From contig CAWIEK010000049.1 of NCBI GenBank assembly GCA_963835065.1, positions 32,001 through 96,000 of the forward strand: 64,000 nucleotides of DNA, given 5' to 3'. This stretch comes from an uncultured Chthonomonadaceae bacterium (GTDB lineage: Bacteria; Armatimonadota; Chthonomonadetes; Chthonomonadales; Chthonomonadaceae). The notes below the pieces were generated by a model, which worked only from the letters and a program-made list of their open reading frames with translations, was not told where the DNA came from and did not search any database. A program made the position numbers and the translations under genes. Shown here piece after piece: positions 1 through 9,616 of this stretch (position 1 is its first letter; each line of letters begins with the position of its first letter).

Positions 1-171
1 AGCAGCCTAACGGAACCCGGACGAAGATTATTTGAGGAGGAAGACGGAAGACGGTAGACAGTAGATATTCCCATCTACTGAAATCTGTGTAGAACAGTCA
101 TAGCGTACAGGAGCAGGTTTTCTACCGTCTACCGTCTACCGTCTACCGTCTTCCTCCCTCTGGATACTCAC

Positions 172-975
172 ATGGACACACTGACAGGCAAAGCGGCAAT
201 TGTTACGGGATCGGGGGATGGCATAGGCCGGCGGATTGCGCTGGCGTTTGCGCAGGCGGGCGCGTCGGTTGTGGTGGTGGACATCAAGGGCGAAGGCATT
301 GCGGAAACTCTGCGGCAGATCGAGGGGGCGGTGGGCGCGGGCAAGGCTGTTGGGCTGAACCGCGACATTGCCGATGTGAACAATATCGCCGGGATTGTCA
401 GCGAGTGCGTGGAACACTTTGGCAGGCTGGATTGTATTGTCAATAACGCGGCGGATCAAACGCATAAACCACTTGCGGAAATGACGACGGAGATATTCGA
501 CCACGTACAGGCCGTCAATGTCCGCGCGCCCCTCTTGTTTGCGCGGGAGGGATTGCCGTATCTCTTGAAGCAGGCTGGCAGCAGTATCGTCAACATTGCC
601 AGTGTGCGCGGGCACGTTTCTATGCCGGGCGGACTGGCTTATGACACGTCCAAAGCCGCCCTGCTTGGCCTGACCCGAACCCTTGCAGTGGAGTTGGGAC
701 TGCAAAACATCCGCGTCAACGCCATTTGTCCCGGCCATATCATGAGTTTTGGCGAAGAAGTATGGAAGCAGCAGACGCCGCCCAACGTACAGAAAGTGAT
801 GCCGTTCCCCTACGCGCTCGGCAGGGTCGGCAAGCCGGAAGAAGTAGCGAATGTAGCGGTATTTCTCGCCTCTGACGCCGCTTCCTTCATCACCGGGCAG
901 GCCATCAACGTAGACGGTGGCCTGACCATTATGAACGCAGAAACCGCTATGTTCCGCGCCGAGAAGATAATGTAA
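172..975 (+). CDS. SDR-family NAD(P)-dependent oxidoreductase
   Basis: TGSGDGIG Rossmann motif, NNA motif, catalytic YDTSK (YxxxK), IRVNAICPG, ITGQAINVDGG. Confidence 0.95.
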   Translation: MDTLTGKAAIVTGSGDGIGRRIALAFAQAGASVVVVDIKGEGIAETLRQIEGAVGAGKAVGLNRDIADVNNIAGIVSECVEHFGRLDCIVNNAADQTHKPLAEMTTEIFDHVQAVNVRAPLLFAREGLPYLLKQAGSSIVNIASVRGHVSMPGGLAYDTSKAALLGLTRTLAVELGLQNIRVNAICPGHIMSFGEEVWKQQTPPNVQKVMPFPYALGRVGKPEEVANVAVFLASDAASFITGQAINVDGGLTIMNAETAMFRAEKIM

Positions 976-1003
976 GTTGATTTGATATTATAAGAACTAG
1001 CTC

Positions 1004-1483
1004 ATGGCAGAATACGATGGAATACTCCAGTTTCGCAGTGTGGGGATCAGAAGGCTTCGAGATGCGGAAGAACTTCTCCAGCCGCCTACCATTGATCCAT
1101 ACTCTAGTGATGCGAACACACGTCATTTACGTACCGCAGTTTATCTAGCTGGGTACAGCATTGAGTGTGTACTGAAAGAATACATCATTTCGCGTACACC
1201 TCCCGCAATGACGCTTGATGAAGCCTTGCGAATACGAGCGGAAAAGGGATTATCTGTAATCAGTGTGAACAGTGCAGAAGGCCATAATTTATCTGCTTTG
1301 TTAAAACTGACCGATTTGGAGGCAAGTATTTTCTCTGAGAAAAAAGTTACAACGAATTGGCATATCTGCTTGGGTTGGAGGTCAACTTGGAGGTACGATC
1401 CTGATCCGCCGACACGACAAAATGCTGAAGCGTTCGTTGAAGCAACTCGCAATGTTTATCAGTGGATTAAGAACCGCGTATAA
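1004..1483 (+). CDS. HEPN-domain protein (putative toxin)
   Basis: AVYLAGYSIECVLK, GHNL and WRY motifs plus the C-terminal helix AEAFVEATRNVYQWI resemble HEPN; lower GC than flanks. Confidence 0.75.
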   Translation: MAEYDGILQFRSVGIRRLRDAEELLQPPTIDPYSSDANTRHLRTAVYLAGYSIECVLKEYIISRTPPAMTLDEALRIRAEKGLSVISVNSAEGHNLSALLKLTDLEASIFSEKKVTTNWHICLGWRSTWRYDPDPPTRQNAEAFVEATRNVYQWIKNRV

Positions 1484-1504
1484 GCCAACTTTCGGAGGCA
1501 AGCA

Positions 1505-1768
1505 ATGACAACAACGAATGTTGTAGATTTCGACGCAGTTGCGCTGCGCATTGAAAAAAAATTACGCGCCTTGTTTGGAGATAATACCGTTATTGATCTC
1601 ACCCCCGGATTTGAGGGCCGAGTGCGTGTGAAAGTAATTTCCCCGCGTTTGAACGGAATGCCAAAAGGCGAACAGGGTAATGTAATTTGGGAGGCAATCA
1701 ACGACGAGTTGGGTTCCTTCAAAGGAACTGTGTCCTATGTAGTAGCCTATGGCACAGACGAACTGTAG
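1505..1768 (+). CDS. Small partner of the HEPN protein, BolA-like or degenerate minimal-nucleotidyltransferase-like
   Basis: VKVISPRLNGM...IWEAI...VVAYGTDEL pattern; lies 21 nt after the HEPN gene; no GS/DxD catalytic motif seen. Confidence 0.55.
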   Translation: MTTTNVVDFDAVALRIEKKLRALFGDNTVIDLTPGFEGRVRVKVISPRLNGMPKGEQGNVIWEAINDELGSFKGTVSYVVAYGTDEL

Positions 1769-1771
1769 CCC

Positions 1772-1882
1772 ATGACAGAGACGGAAAAATGTTACACCGT
1801 TTGGGATGTGTTGAAGCGTGAGTTGAAAGAAGACGAAGAATTTGTTTCTTACGTCATTCCATATAGCACGGATGAACTATAG
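1772..1882 (+). pseudogene. 36-aa ORF paralogous to the C-terminal 36 aa of the preceding gene (remnant or micro-protein)
   Basis: Manual translation MTETEKCYTVWDVLKRELKEDEEFVSYVIPYSTDEL aligns without gaps to MPKGEQGNVIWEAINDELGSFKGTVSYVVAYGTDEL (14/36 identical). Confidence 0.7.
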
Positions 1883-1898
1883 CAGCAGGGATGTTTTT

Positions 1899-3416
1899 AT
1901 GAGCAGGCTAGTTGGAATTGAAACGGAATATGGCATCGTGGTGGAGGGGCTGGGAGCCAACGACTGGATTGCGGAAAGCATTGCCGTCGTGCGCAGCCAC
2001 CCCGGCGCGGCAGTCGGCGGCTGGAACTATCGGGGCGAAGACCCGCGCCGGGATATGCGCGGCTTTACCGTGCAGCACCTGTCCACCAATCCCGATGACG
2101 CGCAGTTCGACGCGCCCAATGCCCGCCCGATGAGCCGCGAGGAAGAGCGCAGTGACCGCGTATTGGCGAATGGCGCGCGCTTTTACAACGATCACGGCCA
2201 CCCGGAATACGCCACGCCGGAATGTCGCCGCCTGCGCGATCTGGTGGCGCATGACAAAGCGGGCGAGCGCATCGTGTGGGCGGCGGCGCAAAAACGCGCG
2301 CATGAAAGTTCCCGCGCCGTCACCATGTACAAAAACAACACGGATTTTCACGGCGCGAGTTACGGAACGCACGAAGCCTACTTGATGCGCCGCGATGTGC
2401 CGACGGAAACGCTGATTGAATCGCTGCTGCCGTTTTTCGCCACGCGGCAAATTTATGCGGGAGCCGGCAAGTCGGGCGTGGAAAATGACAGCGCCAGTGA
2501 CGGCAAAATCTTTCAGCTTTCGCAGCGCGCGGATTATTTCAGCGTGGAAGCCAGCGTGGATACGCTGCACAACCGCCCTTTGGTGAACACGCGGGATGAG
2601 CCACACGCCACGCCGCGCATGTACCGGCGTTTGCATGTGATTTGCGGCGACGCCAACATGAGCGAGTACGCCACTGCCCTGAAAATCGGCGCGACAAGCC
2701 TTGTCTTGAAACTGTTGGAGGAGGGGCTGAACGCGCCCGTCAAATTGGTAGACCCCATCAAGGCTGTGAAGCAAATTTCGCGCGACATTACGCTGAAGCA
2801 GACGGTGGAAAGGGTAGGAGCGCCACCCCTGACGGCAGTGGAAGTACAGAGGATTTATCTGGAAGAAGCGAAAAAGCGTTTTGCGGGACAGGATGAAGAC
2901 ATGGACTGGACTCTGGCGGAATGGACGGCGACACTGGACGCGCTGGAAACCGACCCGCTCAGTTGCGCCGACCGTCTGGATTGGGCCGCCAAGTACAAGC
3001 TGCTGAACGCTTTTCGGGAGGAAGAAGGGCTGGCGTGGAACGATCCGTACATGCAGAGCCTCGACCTCGCGTACCATGACGTTGACCCCGAAGCCGGTTT
3101 GTACTACGGGTTGGAGCAGGCCGGTGAAATGCGGCGGCTGGTGACGGATGCGCGGATTGACGCGGCTATGTCGTGCGCCCCCGGCGATACGCGCGCTTTT
3201 ATTCGCGGCCTGTTCGCGGAGCGGTTCAGTCAAAGCGTCCGCAGCATCGGCTGGAACGGCGTCGCTTTCAAATATCAGGGCGAAGATATGCTCTTTGATA
3301 TGAACTCGCTCGTAGAACCGAATGTACAATTGCTTAACGACGAGTTCGCCAACGTGCAAACGCTGGACGAAGCCGTCGCCGTCATCCGCCGCAATCCGAA
3401 AGCCGAATGGGTGTGA
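1899..3416 (+). CDS. dop: Depupylase/deamidase Dop (PafA2 family)
   Basis: GIETEYG, NGARFYNDHGHPEYATPEC, KNNTD, GASYGTHE, SQRADYF, NTRDEPHA, RRLHVICGDANMSE; start placed at ATG 1899. Confidence 0.93.
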   Translation: MSRLVGIETEYGIVVEGLGANDWIAESIAVVRSHPGAAVGGWNYRGEDPRRDMRGFTVQHLSTNPDDAQFDAPNARPMSREEERSDRVLANGARFYNDHGHPEYATPECRRLRDLVAHDKAGERIVWAAAQKRAHESSRAVTMYKNNTDFHGASYGTHEAYLMRRDVPTETLIESLLPFFATRQIYAGAGKSGVENDSASDGKIFQLSQRADYFSVEASVDTLHNRPLVNTRDEPHATPRMYRRLHVICGDANMSEYATALKIGATSLVLKLLEEGLNAPVKLVDPIKAVKQISRDITLKQTVERVGAPPLTAVEVQRIYLEEAKKRFAGQDEDMDWTLAEWTATLDALETDPLSCADRLDWAAKYKLLNAFREEEGLAWNDPYMQSLDLAYHDVDPEAGLYYGLEQAGEMRRLVTDARIDAAMSCAPGDTRAFIRGLFAERFSQSVRSIGWNGVAFKYQGEDMLFDMNSLVEPNVQLLNDEFANVQTLDEAVAVIRRNPKAEWV

Positions 3417-3589
3417 GGCTATACCGTTTTCTTCCCCTGCTCACAAGGGCAGGTTGACGCTGTAGGAAAAACGGAATACACTGTTGAACAGTAGATACCA
3501 TTTACCATGTACGCTGACCCTCCTCGCCCCTCTTGTCCCTCTGCTGATGGACAGACAGATGCAAGGAAATTCATTAAGGAGCTACGACC

Positions 3590-3778
3590 ATGATATTCAC
3601 CGGAGAAGAGCGACGCCAGATGCCCACCGCGCCCGTTGACCCCCTGCGCAAAGAGGGAGACGGCGGCGGGCCGGGCAAACCCGATGTGAAGCGGCCCGAT
3701 ACGAGCGACCTGCTGAAGCGCATGAAGCGCGTAGACCCCGACGCCGCCCGCCGCTATCGTCAGCGCAGCGGACAGTGA
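3590..3778 (+). CDS. ubact: Ubiquitin-like protein UBact (Pup analogue)
   Basis: 62 aa, disordered G/P-rich N-terminus, LLKRMKRVDPD...YRQRSGQ C-terminus (R[S/T]G[E/Q]); located between dop and prcB; AAGGAG SD. Confidence 0.92.
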   Translation: MIFTGEERRQMPTAPVDPLRKEGDGGGPGKPDVKRPDTSDLLKRMKRVDPDAARRYRQRSGQ

Positions 3779-3922
3779 AGGCAAGGTTTCAGGTTTCAGG
3801 TTTCAGGTATTCAGGAAATGCAGTGTCTATTCCTACATTTGATCAGAAACACAAGGGTGTGAACAGCGTATTCCCTTACCCCTGAAACCTGAAACCTGAA
3901 ACCTTCCTCTATGGAGTGAGCA

Positions 3923-4774
3923 ATGCAATTGACAGGAGATTTGTGGCGCGTTCTGGAGCAGAGCGGCCATCCGATTACGCGCCCGATGCAGGGGCAGGTT
4001 CCCCTCGGAACGATCTTCCCGGCGCGGCCTTATGACAGCCCGGCAGGGCAGGGCATAGGGCAGGGTACGGGCGTGGTGGATACGCACGGCACAACGGTGA
4101 TTGCCGTGAAGTTCGACAAGGGCGTGATTAATGTGGGCGACAGGCGGGCAACCGCCAATTTCGCCATCATGTACGATCAGGCCGAAAAAGTGCTGCCGAT
4201 TGACGATTATACCCTGCTGGCGATTTCCGGCTCGTTTGCGCGGGCAATGGAAGTGGTACGTTATTTGCGCACGAGCTTCAAGCTGTTCGAGCGCACGTAT
4301 TTGCAGCAGATGAGTCTGGATGGCAAATTGGCGGAACTGGCGAAAGTGGTGCGGGCGGGTATTCCCGACGCGCTGCAAGGCATCGGCGGCTTTATCCCGA
4401 TCTTAACCACGTTCGATCAGGAAAGCAGTCAGGGGCGTATTTTCTTTTACGACGGCATGGGCGCGCGATTTGAAAGCACGGAGTTCGGCGCGGCGGGCAG
4501 TGGCTCCACGCAGATACGCGGCGTGTTCGATTACATCGTGAAAACCAAAAAGCCGTTTCACGACATGAACCGCGAAGAAGCCCTGAAGGAAGCGCTGTAC
4601 CTGCTCGACATTGCCGCCGATCTGGACGCCGCAACGGGCGGCTGGTCGAAAGTGCTGCCGCTTGCCAAAACCATTACGGCGGAAGGCATCGAAGACGTGA
4701 GCGAAGAGGAGTTGCGGGCAGTCGTGGCCGAGATAGACCGCGCGGGCGGCGAACGGATTGCGCCGAGGCCGTAA
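3923..4774 (+). CDS. prcB: 20S proteasome subunit beta
   Basis: Propeptide followed by HG|TTVIAV autocleavage site, GDRRAT, GSGS; GGAG SD. Confidence 0.93.
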   Translation: MQLTGDLWRVLEQSGHPITRPMQGQVPLGTIFPARPYDSPAGQGIGQGTGVVDTHGTTVIAVKFDKGVINVGDRRATANFAIMYDQAEKVLPIDDYTLLAISGSFARAMEVVRYLRTSFKLFERTYLQQMSLDGKLAELAKVVRAGIPDALQGIGGFIPILTTFDQESSQGRIFFYDGMGARFESTEFGAAGSGSTQIRGVFDYIVKTKKPFHDMNREEALKEALYLLDIAADLDAATGGWSKVLPLAKTITAEGIEDVSEEELRAVVAEIDRAGGERIAPRP

Positions 4775-4953
4775 GTAAATCAGTGTTCAGGTGTTCGGTA
4801 TTCAGGTATTCGGACACTCTCAGCTATAAACGAAAAATATGAGAGTGAAGTGAACTTTCCGGTTTGCGTAAGTAACTAAACGGATAACACCGCGCTTGTT
4901 TCGCATACAGCGCATGATATTTACTTGGAACTTGTGTGAACAGGAGAAAACCG

Positions 4954-5671
4954 ATGCAAACCCAGATACCGCTGCTGCAAAATGTTCGCGTCGCCAGCCC
5001 GTGTGACGCCTCGTGGGAAGGCATGGAGGCCGTTGATGGCGAGCGCGTGAAGTTTTGCCTGCACTGCGCCAAAAACGTGTACAACCTGTCGGAAATGACG
5101 CAGGGGGAAGCGGAAGGTCTGCTGCGCAAGCATGAGGGCAAGCTGTGCGTTCGCTACTATCAACGCCGGGATGGAACCGTACTGACTCGGGATTGTCCCA
5201 TAGGCGCGCAGGCGGTTCGCATGGCCCTTATTCGCCGCAGTACGGTAGCGGCAAGTTTGTTCGCTATGCTGTTCGGCGCAATGGCGGCAGTGACGTTGAG
5301 TGAAGTCCCGTTTGCAGGGCAGGGTAGTGTCAGCACCAACGCCCGTTCCGGTTGTCGGTGACGTATCGGTCACGCCGCTAGTGCCGACGCCAGAAGTTGT
5401 GCCGGAACCACATATAATGATGCAGGGAGTCTTCGCGCCAATACACACAATGGGTAAACCGGTTTTGTCTCCGCCGCCTCCGGCGCATGTCGAAATGGGC
5501 AAGATGAAAAAGCCCGCGTCACCGAAGCATTGGGCCACAGGCCAGATTTCGAGGCCGGAACAGAATGTAGAGCCTGCTCCGCCTTTCCCGGACAAACCAT
5601 ACGATCTTAACGATGCGTCGGCAAAGGATAATACCGATGAGGCTATCCTGAAGCCACGCACGGAAGAGTAA
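4954..5671 (+). CDS. Hypothetical protein with Cys-rich N-terminal domain, TM helix and Pro-rich tail (frameshifted near 5300-5340)
   Basis: ASPCDASWEGM...FCLHC...LCVRYYQRRDG...DCP in ORF 4936-5361 continues in overlapping ORF 5300-5671; AGGAG SD before ATG 4954. Confidence 0.65.
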
Positions 5672-5780
5672 GCATCAAGCATTGAGCATTGAGTATTAAG
5701 TACAAAGCGTTGAGCATTGAGCGTTAAGACTATTTCTTGACGCTCAAAGCTCAACGCTCAACACTTCCAGGAACTTACGA

Positions 5781-6578
5781 ATGTACACACCATTTGACAT
5801 CAATGAAGCCATCGGGCATCGCAAGGATTACGTAGAAGAGCGGCTGCGGGCGGGCAGTCCCATTGTCGGGATGCGCTACGATAACGGATTGCTGCTGCTG
5901 ACCGTGCGGCGGACGCAGCGCAAAGTGTTCGAGATTTACGACCGCCAGATGTTTTCAGGCATCGGCAAGCAGTCGGACATTGAAAATGTGCGGCTGGCGT
6001 CCATTCAGAACACGCACCAAGAGGGTTTTGAGCGCAGCCCGGACGATGTTTCCATACAGCGGCTTGTCGGCTTCGCTCTCAGCCCCTCGCTGAAAAAAGC
6101 GTTCGGCGATCCGATGTACGAGCCGGTTGTCATTCGCGCTCTGTTTGCGGAAATCGGACGGACGCCGGAAAAAGACACGTTCTTCGCGCTGAATTATGAT
6201 GGCGAGTTCCAGTCGTATCATGAAGCGGCGGTTGTGGCGGGAACGCAGACGGCTGAAGACGCGATGCTGGAACGGATTGGCGAGAATACAGGCAGTTTAT
6301 CGCGGGACGAGGCGCTGCGCCGCGCATTATCGGCATGGGCGATTGGAGCGCGGGAGTCGCTGCGTCGTCAAATCGGCAGCGGCAAAGAGGACGAGGAAGA
6401 CAGTTACAATCCCCTGCGCGAACTGGACGAAGCCGAAGTGGAAAGCGTGTTCCTGCGCGACGAGCTGAAAAACGGAACCGTGGAAGTCGGCCTGCTGGAG
6501 CGCCGAACCAACCGCGAAGGCCGTTTCCGCCTGCTGTCCGGCAGCGATGTGGATTTGCTGACGCGGGAATATAGGTAG
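5781..6578 (+). CDS. prcA: 20S proteasome subunit alpha
   Basis: MYTPFD...RKDYVEERLRAGSPIVG...KVFEIYDR, actinobacterial-type PrcA pattern; proteasome context. Confidence 0.9.
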   Translation: MYTPFDINEAIGHRKDYVEERLRAGSPIVGMRYDNGLLLLTVRRTQRKVFEIYDRQMFSGIGKQSDIENVRLASIQNTHQEGFERSPDDVSIQRLVGFALSPSLKKAFGDPMYEPVVIRALFAEIGRTPEKDTFFALNYDGEFQSYHEAAVVAGTQTAEDAMLERIGENTGSLSRDEALRRALSAWAIGARESLRRQIGSGKEDEEDSYNPLRELDEAEVESVFLRDELKNGTVEVGLLERRTNREGRFRLLSGSDVDLLTREYR

Positions 6579-6691
6579 GAGGGAAGAGATATAAGATATA
6601 AGTAAAAGCCCCGGTTTGCTCAACCTTCTCGCCAGTAGTAAGAGACTGAGGGCAGCAGACACTAATATCTTATATCTTATATCTTATATCC

Positions 6692-7708
6692 TTACTTCCG
6701 CCTGCGACCAGACAACCAGCCGGCTCCGAGGAGCAGGGTCATGGCGAAGGCCAGGGTTCCGGGTTCCGGCGTGAGGGCAATTCCGGGCGGAGGCGACTGA
6801 GGAGTGATGGGAACCCCGGGAGTGCCTGGGGTTCCCGGCGTTTGGGGGGTTAAGGGAGTTACCGTGTTGATAGGCGCGGCAGCATTCAGGACGGGAACCG
6901 GGCCGGAACCGCCGCCGAAATGCACAAACGGCAGCAGCGCCAGAGGAGACAAGCCTGCCAGCCCGCTCAAACCCGAAGCGCCATGAACCCACTGATAGGG
7001 CGGCACCAGGGACTCGGTTTTGGCTTGGGCTGGTGTCAGAGAGGGCGGAACCAGAGGCAGTTCCGTGGGCGCCAGCACATTTTCCGCCAGTACAACGGAA
7101 ATGACCGGGAGGGGAACGGACGGCGGCACAAAACCGCGATCCGGCGGCACGTTCCCGGTGAAGGAACTGCCTGGAAGCGGCTGCAGCAGCGATTCTCCGG
7201 GCGTGAAGTCAGGAACCGGAATGGCGGTGTACAATTCAGGCGAGACGCGCGAACGAATGGGATTGCCGCACACGCGGATAAGCAGGGGCGTACCGTCGGG
7301 CAGGCAGTAAACATACGTTCCCCGTTTCACGCGGCGGGGCTTGTAGACCAGTTTTTCGCCGGTGTTTTCTTTTGTGGAGACGTAGTGAACCTGCAGGACA
7401 TGATCTTCGGTCAAGGGTTTCAGGCGCAATTGCGAAAAAGCCACAGGAACCATCTTGACAGGAAGGTGAAAGAGGCGCGCGTAGCGAACTGCTACTGTTG
7501 GGTCGGACTTCACCTGCTGCACAAGCGACGTGACACCCGGCGAGGGCTGGCGCAAAAACGCTCCCTGCGGCATGTGAGCGGAAGCCTGGGTGTGAGAGCT
7601 GGACTGCGCGACGGCCGGATGGCCGCAAATGCCGAGACACGCCACGACAAGGCTCAAAGTGGAGCCATAGCGAAGCAGGCGTATGAGAAGGGTAGTTTCG
7701 CCTATCAA
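6692..7708 (-). CDS. Secreted PEP-CTERM protein with a CGNP-motif domain and Pro/Thr-rich linker
   Basis: Signal-like N-terminus (AVA|Q), GTYVYCLPDGTPLLIRVCGNP, C-terminal TPEPGTL + TM + RRRK; TTG start at 7708 inferred from an AAGGA SD. Confidence 0.8.
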   Translation of the reverse strand: MIGETTLLIRLLRYGSTLSLVVACLGICGHPAVAQSSSHTQASAHMPQGAFLRQPSPGVTSLVQQVKSDPTVAVRYARLFHLPVKMVPVAFSQLRLKPLTEDHVLQVHYVSTKENTGEKLVYKPRRVKRGTYVYCLPDGTPLLIRVCGNPIRSRVSPELYTAIPVPDFTPGESLLQPLPGSSFTGNVPPDRGFVPPSVPLPVISVVLAENVLAPTELPLVPPSLTPAQAKTESLVPPYQWVHGASGLSGLAGLSPLALLPFVHFGGGSGPVPVLNAAAPINTVTPLTPQTPGTPGTPGVPITPQSPPPGIALTPEPGTLAFAMTLLLGAGWLSGRRRK

Positions 7709-8103
7709 TGGATCATTCCTTATAAACTTCGTACTGCAAAGTGATGTGTTCAGGCTGACAGCCATCCAGGCATACTGCAAAGAAAAGATGGGCAGCCTGT
7801 ACAAACAGAGGAGCGCAGGCATTTCGTCTGTACAGTTAAAGAGTATACAGGCAAAATGTTCGATTCAAACATGCAAATAATGCGCAAACCGGGATTGCAG
7901 AGAAAAACCAGTAGTTATTCGTAAGGAACAGTGTCACTGTCGTCCCAAACGATAGTGGAGCCAACAACAAACCAAAGCAATGATATAACATTAAACCCTA
8001 TTTGCGGCGAGATTCGAACATCGCCAGTCCTGCAACGGATATTTTTTCAAAATATTTTGAAAATACCCTAAAGATTTTGAATTTTTGGACGAAGGAAGCA
8101 GAA

Positions 8104-9576
8104 ATGGACAGACGTATCTTCGGGATAGAAACGGAATTCGGGTGCATGGTGCGCGACCCCTCTGTGGGCACGGCGGAAGAAGTCGTCGAGCAGGTGAAGG
8201 ATCACGCCTTTTATGAGCGGAAGTTGGGCGTGATTGATCTCCATGCGCGCGATTATGCTTTTGAGCCGGCGCGGGCGGGCGGGTTTTTGAAAAACGGCGG
8301 CAGGCTGTACATAGATGCGGTCGGCAGCCATGAAGAGTACGCCACTGCGGAGTGTTGTGACTTGCTCGATCTGGTACGCCATGACCGGGCGGGGCGCGCG
8401 TTGCTGGCGCAACTGGTTGCCGAACTGGGGTTGGAAGAGGCCGTCAGTTTTCACAACAACAGCATTGACCACTTCGGCGGGCATACGTTCGGCTGCCATG
8501 AGAACTACCTCGTCCAAATTGAGGATCGGTTTTTCACGGACGCGCTTTCCTATCTGCTGCCGTTTTTGGTGACGCGGCAGATATTCGCGGGCATCGGGCG
8601 CGTGGGCGGGCATCGCCTGACCCGGCCTTCCAGCAAAAACAACATTATGACGCTGGGCGAACATGAGGTGGATTATGTATGGGTGTCGAACTTCTACGGC
8701 GTGGAAATTGATCCAAGCGTAGATTTTCAACTCAGCCAGCGCGCCGACCATATCGTAAAAACAATCAGTTCGCGGGTACGCTTCAACCGGGCGATTATCA
8801 ACCCCAAGTGGGACAGCTATTACTCGTACAGCAACCTGCACCGCCTGCATATCCTGTTCGGTGAAAGCAACATGAGCGAGTTTGCCTGCCTGCTGAAAGT
8901 GGGCACGACAAGCCTGGTGCTGGACTTGATCGAAGAGGGCGCGGTTCCCCCTGATGTGGAAGTGGCCGACCCCTTGGAAACGCTGCGCTCGGTTTCGCGC
9001 GACCAGACAATGAAGTGGCCGGTGAAGATGCGCAACGGCAAAACGATTTCGGCCATAGATTTGCAGCGCCGCTATCTGGATGCGGCCAAACGGTATCTGC
9101 ACCGCCGCGACCCGCAAACCGATATGGTATTGACCGAGTGGGAAACCATTCTCAATGATCTGGAGCGCGACCCGCTTTCCACGGCAGACCGCCTGGACTG
9201 GTCCGCCAAGAAAACGCTGTACCAACAATATATTGACGAGACCGGCGGCAGGTGGCAGGACGATGTGATGCAGTCGCTGGATTTGGAGTACCATAACATC
9301 AATCCGAACGAGGGGCTGTTTTATGGCCTGGAGCAGTCGGGAGCCATGCGCCGCGTCGTGACAGACGAGCAGGTGGAAGAAGCGATCACCACGCCACCCG
9401 AAAACACGCGCGCGTTAGGACGCGGCCAAATCGTAGCGCAATTAATCAACAAGCCCGGTACGCGCTACGTCATAGATTGGGATGCGGTATACATCGAGCG
9501 CAACCGCCAGCTTGACCTGAAAAATCCGTTCCACACCTACGAGAAAGAGGCCGTCCGCTTCCTTCGCGGCGTGTAA
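8104..9576 (+). CDS. pafA: Pup/UBact-protein ligase PafA
   Basis: MDRRIFGIETEFG, FLKNGGRLYID, EYATAEC, FGCHENY, SQRADHI, RLHILFGESNMSE. Confidence 0.92.
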   Translation: MDRRIFGIETEFGCMVRDPSVGTAEEVVEQVKDHAFYERKLGVIDLHARDYAFEPARAGGFLKNGGRLYIDAVGSHEEYATAECCDLLDLVRHDRAGRALLAQLVAELGLEEAVSFHNNSIDHFGGHTFGCHENYLVQIEDRFFTDALSYLLPFLVTRQIFAGIGRVGGHRLTRPSSKNNIMTLGEHEVDYVWVSNFYGVEIDPSVDFQLSQRADHIVKTISSRVRFNRAIINPKWDSYYSYSNLHRLHILFGESNMSEFACLLKVGTTSLVLDLIEEGAVPPDVEVADPLETLRSVSRDQTMKWPVKMRNGKTISAIDLQRRYLDAAKRYLHRRDPQTDMVLTEWETILNDLERDPLSTADRLDWSAKKTLYQQYIDETGGRWQDDVMQSLDLEYHNINPNEGLFYGLEQSGAMRRVVTDEQVEEAITTPPENTRALGRGQIVAQLINKPGTRYVIDWDAVYIERNRQLDLKNPFHTYEKEAVRFLRGV

Positions 9577-9616
9577 AATTTCTTTACCTAGAATAAGGTT
9601 AGAATGAAATTCATGG

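Noticed and set aside
1908..3359. Long antisense ORFs (also 8068-9294, 20594-22288, 28313-29386, 29985-31397, 43276-44313)
   Set aside because: They are shadows of GC-rich genes on the opposite strand with no protein motifs.
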